Source: a virus
Length of the DNA stretch: 64,000 nt
Strand: one strand, 5' to 3'
Virus record (IMG/VR): IMGVR_UViG_3300045988_059940
Coordinates: 38,650-102,649 of that record
Under the pieces are notes generated by a model. That model worked only from the letters and a program-made list of their open reading frames with translations. It was not told the origin of the DNA and did no database searches. Both the position numbers and the translations under genes were made by a program. Every line of letters begins with the position of its first letter. Position 1 is the first letter of the stretch. This document shows, piece after piece, positions 12,801-23,472 of the stretch.

Positions 12801-15800
12801 GTGTAACATAATTTGTATTAGAATCACCAATCAATGCTTGGTTGTTTATTATTCTTACACTATCTAACCTAGGACAGTTTTCAATAGCAATTTGTGTTAA
12901 GTTTACATTATTTGCTATTGTTAAATTAGTAAGATTTTTACAGTTTATAATCTATACCTTTTGTAAGTTATTATAACCAGACAAGTCCAAAGATGTATAA
13001 CCATCGCAATCTTCTATATAAACCGTCTATAAATTGTTACATCCTGTCAAGTCAATCTGTTTTAGATATGGTTGATGTCTCAAATCCAACTCATTTATGT
13101 TAGACCTTTGTATCTATAATGTTTTCAAAGGTACGTTGGTCGGTATGTATATGTTTGTAATACATTTACTACCAGATATATTTATATCAGTAAGTTTAGT
13201 AAACTTTGTAAATGCGTGTGGAGTTTTGCTGTTTTGTTCTATATCTAAAACAAATGTTTTCGTGGGGTCTAAGCACTGTGTATTAGAAAAGTCCATAGTT
13301 CTAATCTAAGACTGTATGTCTTTTCTAAATACATCTAATTTAAAGTCTGGGCTAAAATGTTTGTTGCCACTCAAATCTATTTCATATAATGCTGGGAATC
13401 CTAATGCATCTATTGTATTTTGTGCTTCTGTTGCAGCTAATATAGATACCTACATACTTGATAACTTATTGTTAGCATTACCAAGCTTTATGAAGTTATT
13501 TGAATTAGTAATGTTCCAGTTATATGGACCACCATATTTAATGTTGCCAACGTTTACAAACGTTTCTTTATTGTCCTATAAGAAATAGAAAGCGGTAACT
13601 GTATCGCCAATACTTATCTTTGATATTATTGGACAGTTTGTTGTTACTGGGAATACCTGTTGATTTGTACCCATTATACTGTTACCAGTAGATACATCTG
13701 CATTTGATTTAAATGTAATAGATTGCTGTTGCTTTGCAGTATCGCGCCACTTAAATAAGCTATCTAAGAATATAGTATGCTTCTTCAACCAATTTCTACT
13801 ATGTGCAATCTTACGACCATGTAGCTTAGTCATATCTTTTGTATTACTAATTTGGTCGTTAGTAAATTGTAATAGATATTTTAGCTTATAGTCATAATTA
13901 AATATCAACGAACCACAATCTGATGTTTGCTTATCAAAGTATTCATCAATGAAATAATTCGTAAATGTATCATATCCTTTTGACTTAGCTAAATCTTCTG
14001 TAAACTTTCTAAAATCATACCAATATTTTGTATATAGTGAATTTACATCTTCTCCAAATACTGCCCTACTAAACGATGTGTCTAATGACAACCACAGTTT
14101 GTTTGTATTTGCAGACACTGTTTTTCTAGATATAGCTTCGTCGAAATTAAATGTTTCTGATACATACTACAATCCATTTTGTGCATTTGCAACAGTACCC
14201 TTGTTTGTTAGATACTTAATCCACACATCTGGTGTAATAGACAACTAACCTTGGTTATCACCGCTCATAGAACAGTCTAGGTCATAAAAGTCAGTAAGGT
14301 ATTTGTTTCCATCCCAAGACCTATATGTTGAGTTCTTTCCAAAGTTATCAACTAATCCAAAGAAGTTTGCAATGATGAAGTATTTCATTGCACTTTCTAC
14401 ATTGAATCCTAGGTTCTCAGCACTTACTGCATTGGAATCAATTTCAATATCTTGTTTCTAACCAGTCTTATAATAGTTATTAAAGTTATCAACTGAGTAT
14501 AAATCATAAGACCCTGCAATATAGTTTTTAGAAATCGTACCAATAGAGTCACTACTATAACAGCGTTCTATTGGGAAGCGCATTATGTTCTTTACGAACT
14601 GTACAAATCCTGGGTAATCGCTAACCTATTTATTTGATGGGTATCTAACATCAAACCTACGATTTAAGATTTCTCTATCACTTTGCCAGAAATCACCATT
14701 TGAAGTATTTATACCTTCTGGAAGTGTATCTTTTACATTTGCAAAATCACTTAGAGATACAGTATCTTTAATTTCTATCCAGTTTGCATTTTGTGTATCT
14801 TCCTCTACGTATTTTACTTTATCTTTATAGAATGGGAATGTAGTTACCTCAAATACATTATTACCTTCATCTACGATTTTATTTACTTTCTTAAATCCTA
14901 AGTTTCTATATGCGTTACGACCTAGGTTAAATGAATATATTCCAAGTGGCGTAGTAGATACTTTATTTTGCGCATCTGTGTAGAATTTCATTATTAAGAA
15001 TACAGGGAAACCTTCTACTGTATGTTTAAGTGTAGCTGTCTTTTGCTGCTTCTTAACATAATCAGACTCATATACATTGTCTACTGCTTTTTTATCGAAT
15101 GGGAAATATTCAGATGTACCAATTCTACCAAGTGCACTATTTATAAACGAACCAATAGAAGCATTACTAGCATGAGAGCTGTCTACAACGTCAGCTTTAA
15201 GTGTATATGTCTGTTCAGGAAACCATGTAGATTTTGGTACAAATGCTGTTGTGTCAGGTACAGTTATGTTTACGTTCTTAACTGCGTCTGCTAGCGTTGA
15301 AGTACCTTGTAATTCAATTGTGACACCGTTAATTGTTTTAATACTAGTGTCAATACCTGTCTTATCTTGTTTGTTTATTCCAACTGGGTCCCAGTATTGT
15401 ATAACTTTATTTGTAGTAGCAGTTAGAGTTGTAGATGATGCTGATTGCTGTTTTACAAACTAATCAAATGTCCAAGATGAGTCGTTACTAACATCAATCA
15501 ATACAATAGGTATGCCAATAAATGCAGCCTATTCTTGTATGCTTTTACTATTTAATCTACCATTAGAATCTAGTAAGAAGTCTACATTATAGCCAGTATG
15601 CTCGTTGTATAGGTATGATTTAATACTACCATCAGATTTTCTTTCACAGAAGTTCTTTTTTAATTCTACCTATATTCTTGCATAGTTTGGAGTTCCATTT
15701 ACATAATCAGTTGACACAATATTATTTATACTATCAACCATTATGTCGAACTCATTAAGTGCATATGTATATATATTCATGTTATATATATCTACATCAC

Positions 15801-17697
15801 ACTTATTATATATTACAGACTTTCCATTCTTAATATATTGTCTAGCTCCTAAATATATAGTATCACCAAATACAATTGGAGTTGTTAGATTTCTAATAGC
15901 TGACAATACTCCGTCCAAATACACCTTGACTACATATGATACACTATCCACATATCCAGTTGCTATTTGTGTACGTGTCGTCTACTTCTTACACGTAATT
16001 GTAATATCATTTTCAGTACTATCTTCAAGCTATATTACATTTTCATTATTAATATAAATGTTATGTACATCAATGGATATACCATTAATCATAGCTCCAA
16101 GATTCTAGTCTGCAACAGAAGTATTACCAGAGAATAATATTGTTCTCTCATCATCTGGGTGATAGTCTGCTTTATAATGTATATGAATTGTAAATTCGTC
16201 ACCGCTTGACGATATGATGTCATTAAACTTATATTTTCTAGATTCTAGTGAAATGTCATCAAATTTGGCATATGCACCATTACTAATCCTATAATACTAT
16301 ACAGCAGAATCTAAAATAGATACTCTTGACCTAATATTACTTTCCATTGTTCGCAACACAGAACCTATTTGGAATTGTGATTTATAGTTTGTATTTGTAA
16401 ATTCAAACGTATCATCACCAACGTTCTATGCTCTGGCATGCAATGAGAATATTCTGTTGTTTATAATATTAGATGTGTCTGATAAATATGTAACTGATGA
16501 TTTTATAAACTTAATGTAATATGTCGTAGTTGCTGTCTTCTGTCCAGAAGTAACGGTCACCTTCAACGGTACTGTCTTATTTGCAACAGTCCACGGTTTA
16601 TTATTTACAGATATATAATCACTAACCTACCTACCAAATACACCGTCAGCGTCTTGTCTAACAAGATTTCCATCTATTTCTATATTATACTTATAAGACG
16701 TGTACTGACTTACATATGCTGTAAATACAACATTAACAGAACCATCCATACTAACCTCTGTTGGCTGTCCTTGTACTTTGCTCATTACAGCAGACGATAT
16801 TAGAATTTCTGATGACACCACTGTCATTGTAGATTTAATCGTCTTCTTTACAGATTGTGTTGTTTTGTTCTGTAAAGTACATTCTACAACATAACTATCT
16901 ATGTAATCTTCTGTCTATCCTATCAAGTCACTAAGTACAATAGATTTTAAGAACTAGTCGGTTGTAGCAATTACTAAGTCATACTCTTTTGTAATTGTAT
17001 GTAATCTACCTATGAGCTTAATTGTCAACTTGTAGTTACCGACAACACCTACACTATAATACAACTTTAAAAAAGAAGTATTTAAGCTAGTTAGTGTACT
17101 TTGTATATCTTCACATGACATTTCTATGTTGTTGTCAATAATAACACCAGACCACTGTGCAGAGCCGTATATACCCTTTTCGTCATCTTCATAAGATGCA
17201 GATATATTCAGCTTTCCAGTATGATTTGATAATTGACTTACAACAGTATCATATGGTACAAACAGTATAGGATTTGACGCATTAGCTACTGAACTATATA
17301 TCTATGTACTACCTATACGAGCTATTACATTCCACCCTTTATTGTATTTTACACTTAAATCTGACAGCTTTATCTGTAAACCTCCCTAGTCCATTATTAT
17401 TTGTGAACCAGTTGGTTTATCATTTACAGTAATAGTTGTATTTACTTCTGTATCACCAGGTGTTGCTCCTCCACCTCCACTACCAGAGCCTCCACCTCCA
17501 TGTAGTGCGAGCCATGATATATTTCCTTGTGCGACAGTTAAATCATCTTTTAATCTTTCCATCGCAGTATCAACAGAGATTATATTCTCTCCGTCTTTTA
17601 AGAACTTAGGGTTTGTTGTACCGATACCTTTTGCATCATTACTTGCTACAATATCCCAAGTTCTTTTTGATTCATTATATTTCTTTATGTTATTCAT
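9898..17697 (-). CDS. Giant multidomain tail / receptor-binding protein (2,599 codons, 36 in-frame TAG) with LRR-like repeats
   Basis: Ten track fragments (17386..17697 down to 10231..10434) share one frame. I read every in-frame triplet between them and found 36 TAG and no TAA or TGA before TAA 9898-9900. After the N-terminal domain there is a GGGGSGSGGGG linker. Repeats of the form LxxLDLSGxxNLxxVxIxNC occur around 12.5-13.3 kb. Confidence 0.8.
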
Positions 17698-17708
17698 TGT
17701 AAGAAAGA

Positions 17709-20700
17709 TTATAAGGTGATTGTATATTTGTCCTATGTGGTTATATTATATGCAGATAAATCTTGCGGTAATGATTCTTTCAATGTCATTGCTACTGCTG
17801 ATAGACTATCTAATTGTTTATTCATGTCATACTTTGCAGTATTCTTATCTTCATTCACCGTCCAAACACCTTTTATTTGTTTAGCTGTAATATCTATTTT
17901 ACTATCTGACATTTCATACACTACATACATGGGGTAATGTTGCTTAACATTTTCCTTCGGTGTAACTTCACTAGTCTTAGCTTTAAAATATGCTAACAAC
18001 CAAGGTATTTGATAATCTGGCCCAGACGGCTGTTCTTTGTTTGAAACTAACTTCCAACCAGTTGCCTATGACATAACATATGTTGGTGCATTGATTTTAT
18101 CTACTATTTCAAATCTTGCAAATTGTAACCAATCATTATTTATATCTGATGCCTTTGTTACCTAAATTACTGGTTTTCTAGAAACACCTTCTGTTACTTC
18201 GCCCATAAACTCAACGGCTGTATTTTGCCTGTTATTCTATATATAATCAGCTGGTGCATCATATATTGGTTTACTTATACTATAAGTATGTTTGTGACCA
18301 CCAAATACTAATCGTATACCATACTTCTTAAACAATCTAGAAAACCTATATGTACCATTGTTATTTAGTGTATTTAAGTGTGAACCACTACGTCCTTTTA
18401 CACCATTCATGAAGTCCCAGGTTACGATTGTAAATGGCATTTCATGCATATAACAAAGTGTATTTTTACAGTCAGTTGGATTCTCTACACCATAGTATAT
18501 CTATAAATCTTTCTTTAACCAATCTTCAATTTTAGCGTTCATTGTTTTAGCAAAGGTAGCATCGCCAGAGTTTGTACTAATGTTCCAATCATCTGTATAC
18601 ACTTTACTAGTAGCTACCGCATTTTCTGAATTAATAGATATGAAATGGAATTTCCCATAATTAAACGAATATGTAGAATACATTAAACATTTCTTCCCAT
18701 TCCATGTTAATTCATATTCATTGTTTGGGTCTAGCTCAAATGTAAAGTATTTCAATACATTTACATGGTTATATTTAGATGTAACATCATCACCGTCTGT
18801 TAGTTGTGTAGCATTATGTCCACACAAGTCATTGTTACCAACAGTAAACATTTCAGTTTTATCACCTAAGAACTCGTCTAGTGCTTGATAGTAATCTAAC
18901 CATTCATTCTCCCTATTACCGTTCTAAGTAATATCTCCTGTATTTATCAAGAAGTCTGCGTCTTGTTGGTCTTGTGCTAACATCTTGGCCGATTTACGCC
19001 AAGCCTGGTAATCTATCCAACTGAACCCTTGTTGGTCAGTTTCTTGTACGAATTTAAAAGTTGTTACCTCTGAGTTGTCTTTGACCGTTAACGTCTTAAT
19101 TGTACTATAATATGACTCGTCAAAGTCTCTTCCTATGCGATATTCATATACGCCAGCTTCAAACTATTCACTTAATACTACCTTATGAGTAGTAACCATT
19201 GTACCGCGTACCGTCTTCCAGCGTAATCTTTCATAATGGTCTATGAACTTATTTATAACAGCTGAGTTAGAAGAATCATCTCTTGTTATAGAATATTGTT
19301 TCTTCCATTCAGTTTGTCCTTTTTTACGATATTCTATAAACTCATCGTAATATCCGACAGATACCCAATTGAAGCATCTAGAAGCCTTTTTGTGATTTGC
19401 TGTATCGGAAGTGGCTTGAATACCAAATGTACACCTTATGCAGTTTGGTTTATTCTTATTGAACTCTGTTTTATCTGTAAAGAAGTTTTTACCCTCCCAT
19501 GATGCTTTTGGTGTATATTTCTCTTTCATCTCATCTAGATAGTAATACTGTATACTATTACCTATCTTTGTAGTTTGACGTTTAAGATTTACATATATCC
19601 ATAAGCTTGTAGACTTTCTAGCACCATATGCTTTATTACCCTATTTGGCTGGTTCTAACATAAACCTACGTATAAATAGCGCATCATTCCAAGAATCTCC
19701 TGGCTCTAATAAGAATGTAGTTCCACCTTCACTTAACGAGCCTACACCAAATCCACAGCTATCTATATATCCTTTATTTACCTTTTGTTTATTCCAAGGT
19801 GAAGCTAACTCTCCAACAGCATATAGATTACCATTGGAATCGTACACCCAGTTATCTGTTGGACTACCAACACACAAATAGAAGCTAGAACAAGTTTGGC
19901 TAAACTTTATTAGTTCACCATTTGAGAACCACTCTTGGTCATATGTATTAACATCAATGAATTGAGAGTTATAATCATTACATTTAGCTCCTCGTATTAA
20001 ATATGTAGAGCCTGCTTTTATTACACCACTTAGCGGTAATGTGTGCCACTTGTATCCGTTTGTACCTCCACCATATGGTGTACCATCTGTATAGAGTAGA
20101 TATATACCATTTAAGTTAATATCTTCTGTTGAACCATTTGCAAGCTCTACAAAGTTGTGTGAACACATACAGTCTTCTGAACCTTGTCCACCGCAATATA
20201 CTTCATTTATACAGAGTAGATGATTTATAAATACACCCCAAGACCCATCTGGGTTACCTATACCAGTTGGAGTTTGTATATTCTTATGTATCATAAACTC
20301 GCCAGACTTACTTACTTCTACTTTGTATGTAGATTCACCGTCTGTAAAGTTTAGATACCTTAGTTTCGTAGCATATAAATCTTCTACACTAATTCCACCA
20401 CCAGAACCTCCTGAGCCACCATCTGTTGTGCCTACAAGATTGAACTTCCCATCTTTATATAGAACTAAACGTTTTTTATCTGTATAGAATAGTATTTCAC
20501 CGTCTATTAGGTTTTGTCTATTCTTATTGAAATTAGCTACTGTATCCATCTTTATAGATACATGATTTACAGTAGGTTCTATTCCTTCTGTATTAGGTTT
20601 ATCTTTAACTATACCTGGAATATCTTTTGATTCCTTTGGTTTAAGAGGGTCTGCTGAACGCATGATAATTTCCCTAGCACTAGAATGTGCATCACCAGCT

Positions 20701-21380
20701 ACTACACCGTTGAGTATTATTTTATTTACAACACTCATGTTTTTGTATATTTCAGCGAGTGCTGCTTTTATCTTCTTTAACTCATCAGCATCATTCTATG
20801 TTAGATTTGTAGTATCACGAGTGTCTATCCACAACTTGCTTTTATCCTCTGGTGCAATTTGTCCAACATATATCTACGAACTTGATATTTCTGATAAACC
20901 TGTTGATAACAGACGATATAATACGCCTGTTGTTTTATTATATATTATTTTTGTAGATGCTTCTTTGTAATCATCAGATGACCCATAATTATCAGTGGAT
21001 GCCCACTGTGCATATGCAAAACCTGCCTTTATTGCTAGGAATTTTTTATGTGCGTCACTGTATACTATTTTATCGTAAGTATTTGCTACGTTTACATCAT
21101 CGATAGTATATATTGTCGTATCTATTGAATCTATTGTTAATACGTCAGACTTACGACCATTCTGCTTTATTTTTTTTAATATTTCATCAATGTTTATATC
21201 TGGCTATTGTGCCTATAAACGCTCTACAATACGTTTAATGGAGTTGGCATCAAATATATCCCCATCTTCAAACTAATGGTTATTGATATATTCGCCACGC
21301 TATAACATGATTACTTTTGGAGTCCTAGGTATATCTATGTTATCAATAATCCTAGTACCAAATAGTTTTGTTTTTTTCAT
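17709..21380 (-). CDS. Tail-associated protein with an internal calcineurin-like metallophosphoesterase domain (1,223 codons, 14 in-frame TAG)
   Basis: Translation from ATG 21380 to TAA 17709-17711 is a single frame. Track ORFs 19641..20738, 19164..19529, 18501..18851, 18237..18449 and 17733..17999 are joined by TAG only. Motifs are FVQETDQQG, GDIT(TAG)NG, GNND and GGHKH, with a GGSGGSGGG linker. Confidence 0.7.
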
Positions 21381-21411
21381 GTGCTATAATTAAAAGATTA
21401 TACAAACAAGG

Positions 21412-21440
21412 AAAGGGGACCCCTTATCGGGACCCCCTTT
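21412..21440 (-). terminator. GC-rich hairpin downstream of dut
   Basis: AAAGGGG..CCC-loop-GGG..CCCCTTT forms a symmetric stem. It is the only strongly G+C-rich stretch in this spacer. Confidence 0.4.
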
Positions 21441-21495
21441 TACCTGCGAGATATTGCCAGTCTATGTACGCCATCTCAGGTAAGCTTGTTACGCG

Positions 21496-22056
21496 TCACT
21501 CGCTTACTTCAGTGTCTTCCGTCGACACCACCGCTTCTGGCTCAAATTCTTGCTCAGCTTGTACGGCATCGTTTGTGCTGCTAGCTTCCTGTGCAGAATT
21601 ATTATTCAGTGCGCTCAATTTCTCATCGCTGGAACCATATCCACCTTCCCCGCGTTCTGTTTCGCTAAGTTCCGTTACTTCTGTTACTGTAACTTCTGGA
21701 ATCGGCATTACAATCAATTGTACAAAACGTTCCCCAATTTGGTATAATGCAGGAGCGCCGTTTGTTGTAATGTGCATCTTTGCTGTTACTTCTCCCCTGT
21801 ATCCAGCGTCTATTACGCCAACACAGTTTGTCATAAACATTGATTTCTTAGCAATACTAGAACGAGGAAAGAGATAGCCTACGTAACCTTCTGGAATTTC
21901 TATCGCTAGACCAGAATGATATACTACAACCGTTTGACCAGCATCGTTTGGTTCTAATGTAATATCAACCGCTGTAAGGTCAAGTCCTGCGTCATTCTTA
22001 TGTGCGCGTATAGGCATTATAGCCTTGTCATTCAATCTCTTAATTTTTAGTTCCAT
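21496..22056 (-). CDS. dut: dUTP pyrophosphatase (trimeric dUTPase) with an acidic C-terminal extension
   Basis: Motifs AGLDL, PRSS, GVIDAGYRGE and RGEGGYGSS are present. The stop is TGA and there is no internal TAG. Confidence 0.9.
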   Translation of the reverse strand: MELKIKRLNDKAIMPIRAHKNDAGLDLTAVDITLEPNDAGQTVVVYHSGLAIEIPEGYVGYLFPRSSIAKKSMFMTNCVGVIDAGYRGEVTAKMHITTNGAPALYQIGERFVQLIVMPIPEVTVTEVTELSETERGEGGYGSSDEKLSALNNNSAQEASSTNDAVQAEQEFEPEAVVSTEDTEVSE

Positions 22057-22082
22057 GTATTATTTTATATTAATTTATATAG

Positions 22083-22170
22083 ACGCCCCAGTAGGAGTCG
22101 AACCTACCCTGTCACCTTCAGAAGATACGCGGTTTTAGAGACCGCCAGTGCCACCGTACACCATAGGGCG
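22083..22170 (-). tRNA. Amber suppressor tRNA, anticodon CUA, class II (long variable arm)
   Basis: Hand fold: CGCCCTA / TG / GTG..CAC D-arm / GCGGT-CTCTAAA-ACCGC / 21-nt variable arm / GTAGG-TTCGACT-CCTAC / TGGGGCG / T73. The anticodon loop is C-U-CUA-A-A. Confidence 0.85.
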
Positions 22171-22327
22171 TTATGACGCTGTTTAAAGACTCACACGTCA
22201 ACGTCTATGAGAAATCGTATTTTTACGTACTAATGGTGAATAATAGCACGGTGCGGAGGTCGTTATAGTCAGACCGCCATGACTTTGTAAAATTATGCCT
22301 AAACAAAATAAAAATATTTTATTATAG

Positions 22328-22400
22328 TTGCGGAGGATGGATTCGAACCACCGACCTCACAGGTTATGAGCCTGGCTATCTACCTCTGATATACTCCGCG
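22328..22400 (-). tRNA. tRNA-Met (CAU), initiator-like
   Basis: The sequence is CGCGGAG...CTCATAA...GGTGG-TTCGAAT-CCATC-CTCCGCA-A. It has a C1.A72 mismatch and resembles E. coli tRNA-fMet in its acceptor ends. Confidence 0.75.
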
Positions 22401-22495
22401 ATATGTGCAGTTTTATAGATGCTGCACTCATCTTAATTATTTTTCCTATTAAATATGAAACAATTGATTTGTTATAATTTTAAACTTTTTAACAA

Positions 22496-22585
22496 TCCCT
22501 AGAATACGAGTCGAACGTACATCTTCAATAAACATTGGCATGCATATTTATTGTTGTGCTAATTTACCAATTACACCACCTAGGG
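22496..22585 (-). ncRNA. tRNA-like element with an aberrant, extended anticodon arm
   Basis: The acceptor (CCCTAGG/TCTAGGG), a D-arm containing GG, and the T-arm (GTACG-TTCGACT-CGTAT) look normal. The anticodon arm, however, is a 10-bp helix (CAATAAATAT/ATGTTTATTG) capped by an 8-nt loop, GCATGCCA. Confidence 0.5.
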
Positions 22586-22591
22586 AGGGGG

Positions 22592-22618
22592 TAAGCCGTT
22601 GTTTAAGTCTACGGCTTA
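22592..22618 (-). terminator. Hairpin downstream of gene 22633..22980
   Basis: TAAGCCGT and ACGGCTTA form an 8-bp stem with an 11-nt loop. Confidence 0.35.
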
Positions 22619-22632
22619 AAGACTTATATGTT

Positions 22633-22980
22633 TTAGTTGTTACATGATTGTGTACAACAGGCATCCGATTCTTTTGCTTTCTTACGCATTTGCATTCGTG
22701 CGTTAACAGTGTTTGTTATGTATTCGGCCATTTGATTTCCATTGGTAATGTCTATTACATCATCGTTGTGCGTAATAAGTATGATTGTACCACTTTTGAA
22801 GATTTTATGTTCAGTTACAAAGTCATCGTCATTACGAACGATATTAGTTATGTCACTGTCTTCTTCTAGTTTATAGAGTTGACCAAGTGCCCCGCAATAT
22901 ATATCACCGCTTGCACTTCGCAAATATCCACTTTCTTTATCGTGATACTTCAAATAACCGTCTATTACTATATACTTCAT
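22633..22980 (-). CDS. Hypothetical protein (115 aa)
   Basis: Track ORF with an ATG start and TAA stop, tightly spaced with its upstream neighbour. Confidence 0.6.
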   Translation of the reverse strand: MKYIVIDGYLKYHDKESGYLRSASGDIYCGALGQLYKLEEDSDITNIVRNDDDFVTEHKIFKSGTIILITHNDDVIDITNGNQMAEYITNTVNARMQMRKKAKESDACCTQSCNN

Positions 22981-22982
22981 AA

Positions 22983-23276
22983 TTACTTATTGTTAGTCAA
23001 CCAATTCCAAAAACGCTTTACAACATTCTGCTTCTTTTCAACAGGCTTAGTTTCAACGCTAAGCATTGTAACAGCTTCACCGTATTGGAAACCTTCATCA
23101 AAGCCACTATTGTAACCTTCCACACCACACTCTTGTACAGCATAGTCATAATCATAAATAGAGATTGGCAGTTTAGCTTTACACTTAGCTTGATTCATCC
23201 TATGTATCCAAGCTTCTGGTTTAGTGACATCAACTACATCAACTACAAATGCGGGCTTATTTACTTTCTTTGCCAT
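22983..23276 (-). CDS. Hypothetical protein (97 aa)
   Basis: Track ORF with an ATG start. Confidence 0.6.
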   Translation of the reverse strand: MAKKVNKPAFVVDVVDVTKPEAWIHRMNQAKCKAKLPISIYDYDYAVQECGVEGYNSGFDEGFQYGEAVTMLSVETKPVEKKQNVVKRFWNWLTNNK

Positions 23277-23472
23277 TTTGTATTAGCTTTAAAAATTTAT
23301 TTTTTAGTTTAAACTTAAACAATCCATGAAACAATATTGCCAATGTATTATCATCATCTTTCATCTTCTTTTCTGTAAAGTTAAAAGGATGTCTACATAC
23401 AGCTGTAACAGATTGTTCATCATAACCAGTTTCTTTTTGAACTTCTTTTATTATCTATTCTAATGTTATCAT
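23257..23472 (-). CDS. Hypothetical small protein (71 codons, 1 in-frame TAG)
   Basis: ATG 23472 overlaps the upstream TGA (ATGA). The protein reads MITLE(TAG)IIKEVQKETGYDEQ... and ends at TAA 23257-23259. Confidence 0.45.

Noticed and set aside
20738-20796. Splitting 17709..21380 into two genes at TAG 20796 and ATG 20738
   Set aside because: Both parts are in the same frame with no TAA or TGA between them, and TAG is demonstrably a sense codon in neighbouring genes. I kept it as one gene and flagged the possible internal start.
1546-21380. Alternative explanations for the fragmented late genes: pseudogenisation, sequencing errors, programmed frameshifting, or TGA/TAA reassignment
   Set aside because: All interruptions are the same codon (TAG), and the frame never changes across an interruption. 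TAA and TGA occur in frame only once per gene, at the 3' end, and TGA is used in ATGA stop/start overlaps. Only TAG reassignment fits.
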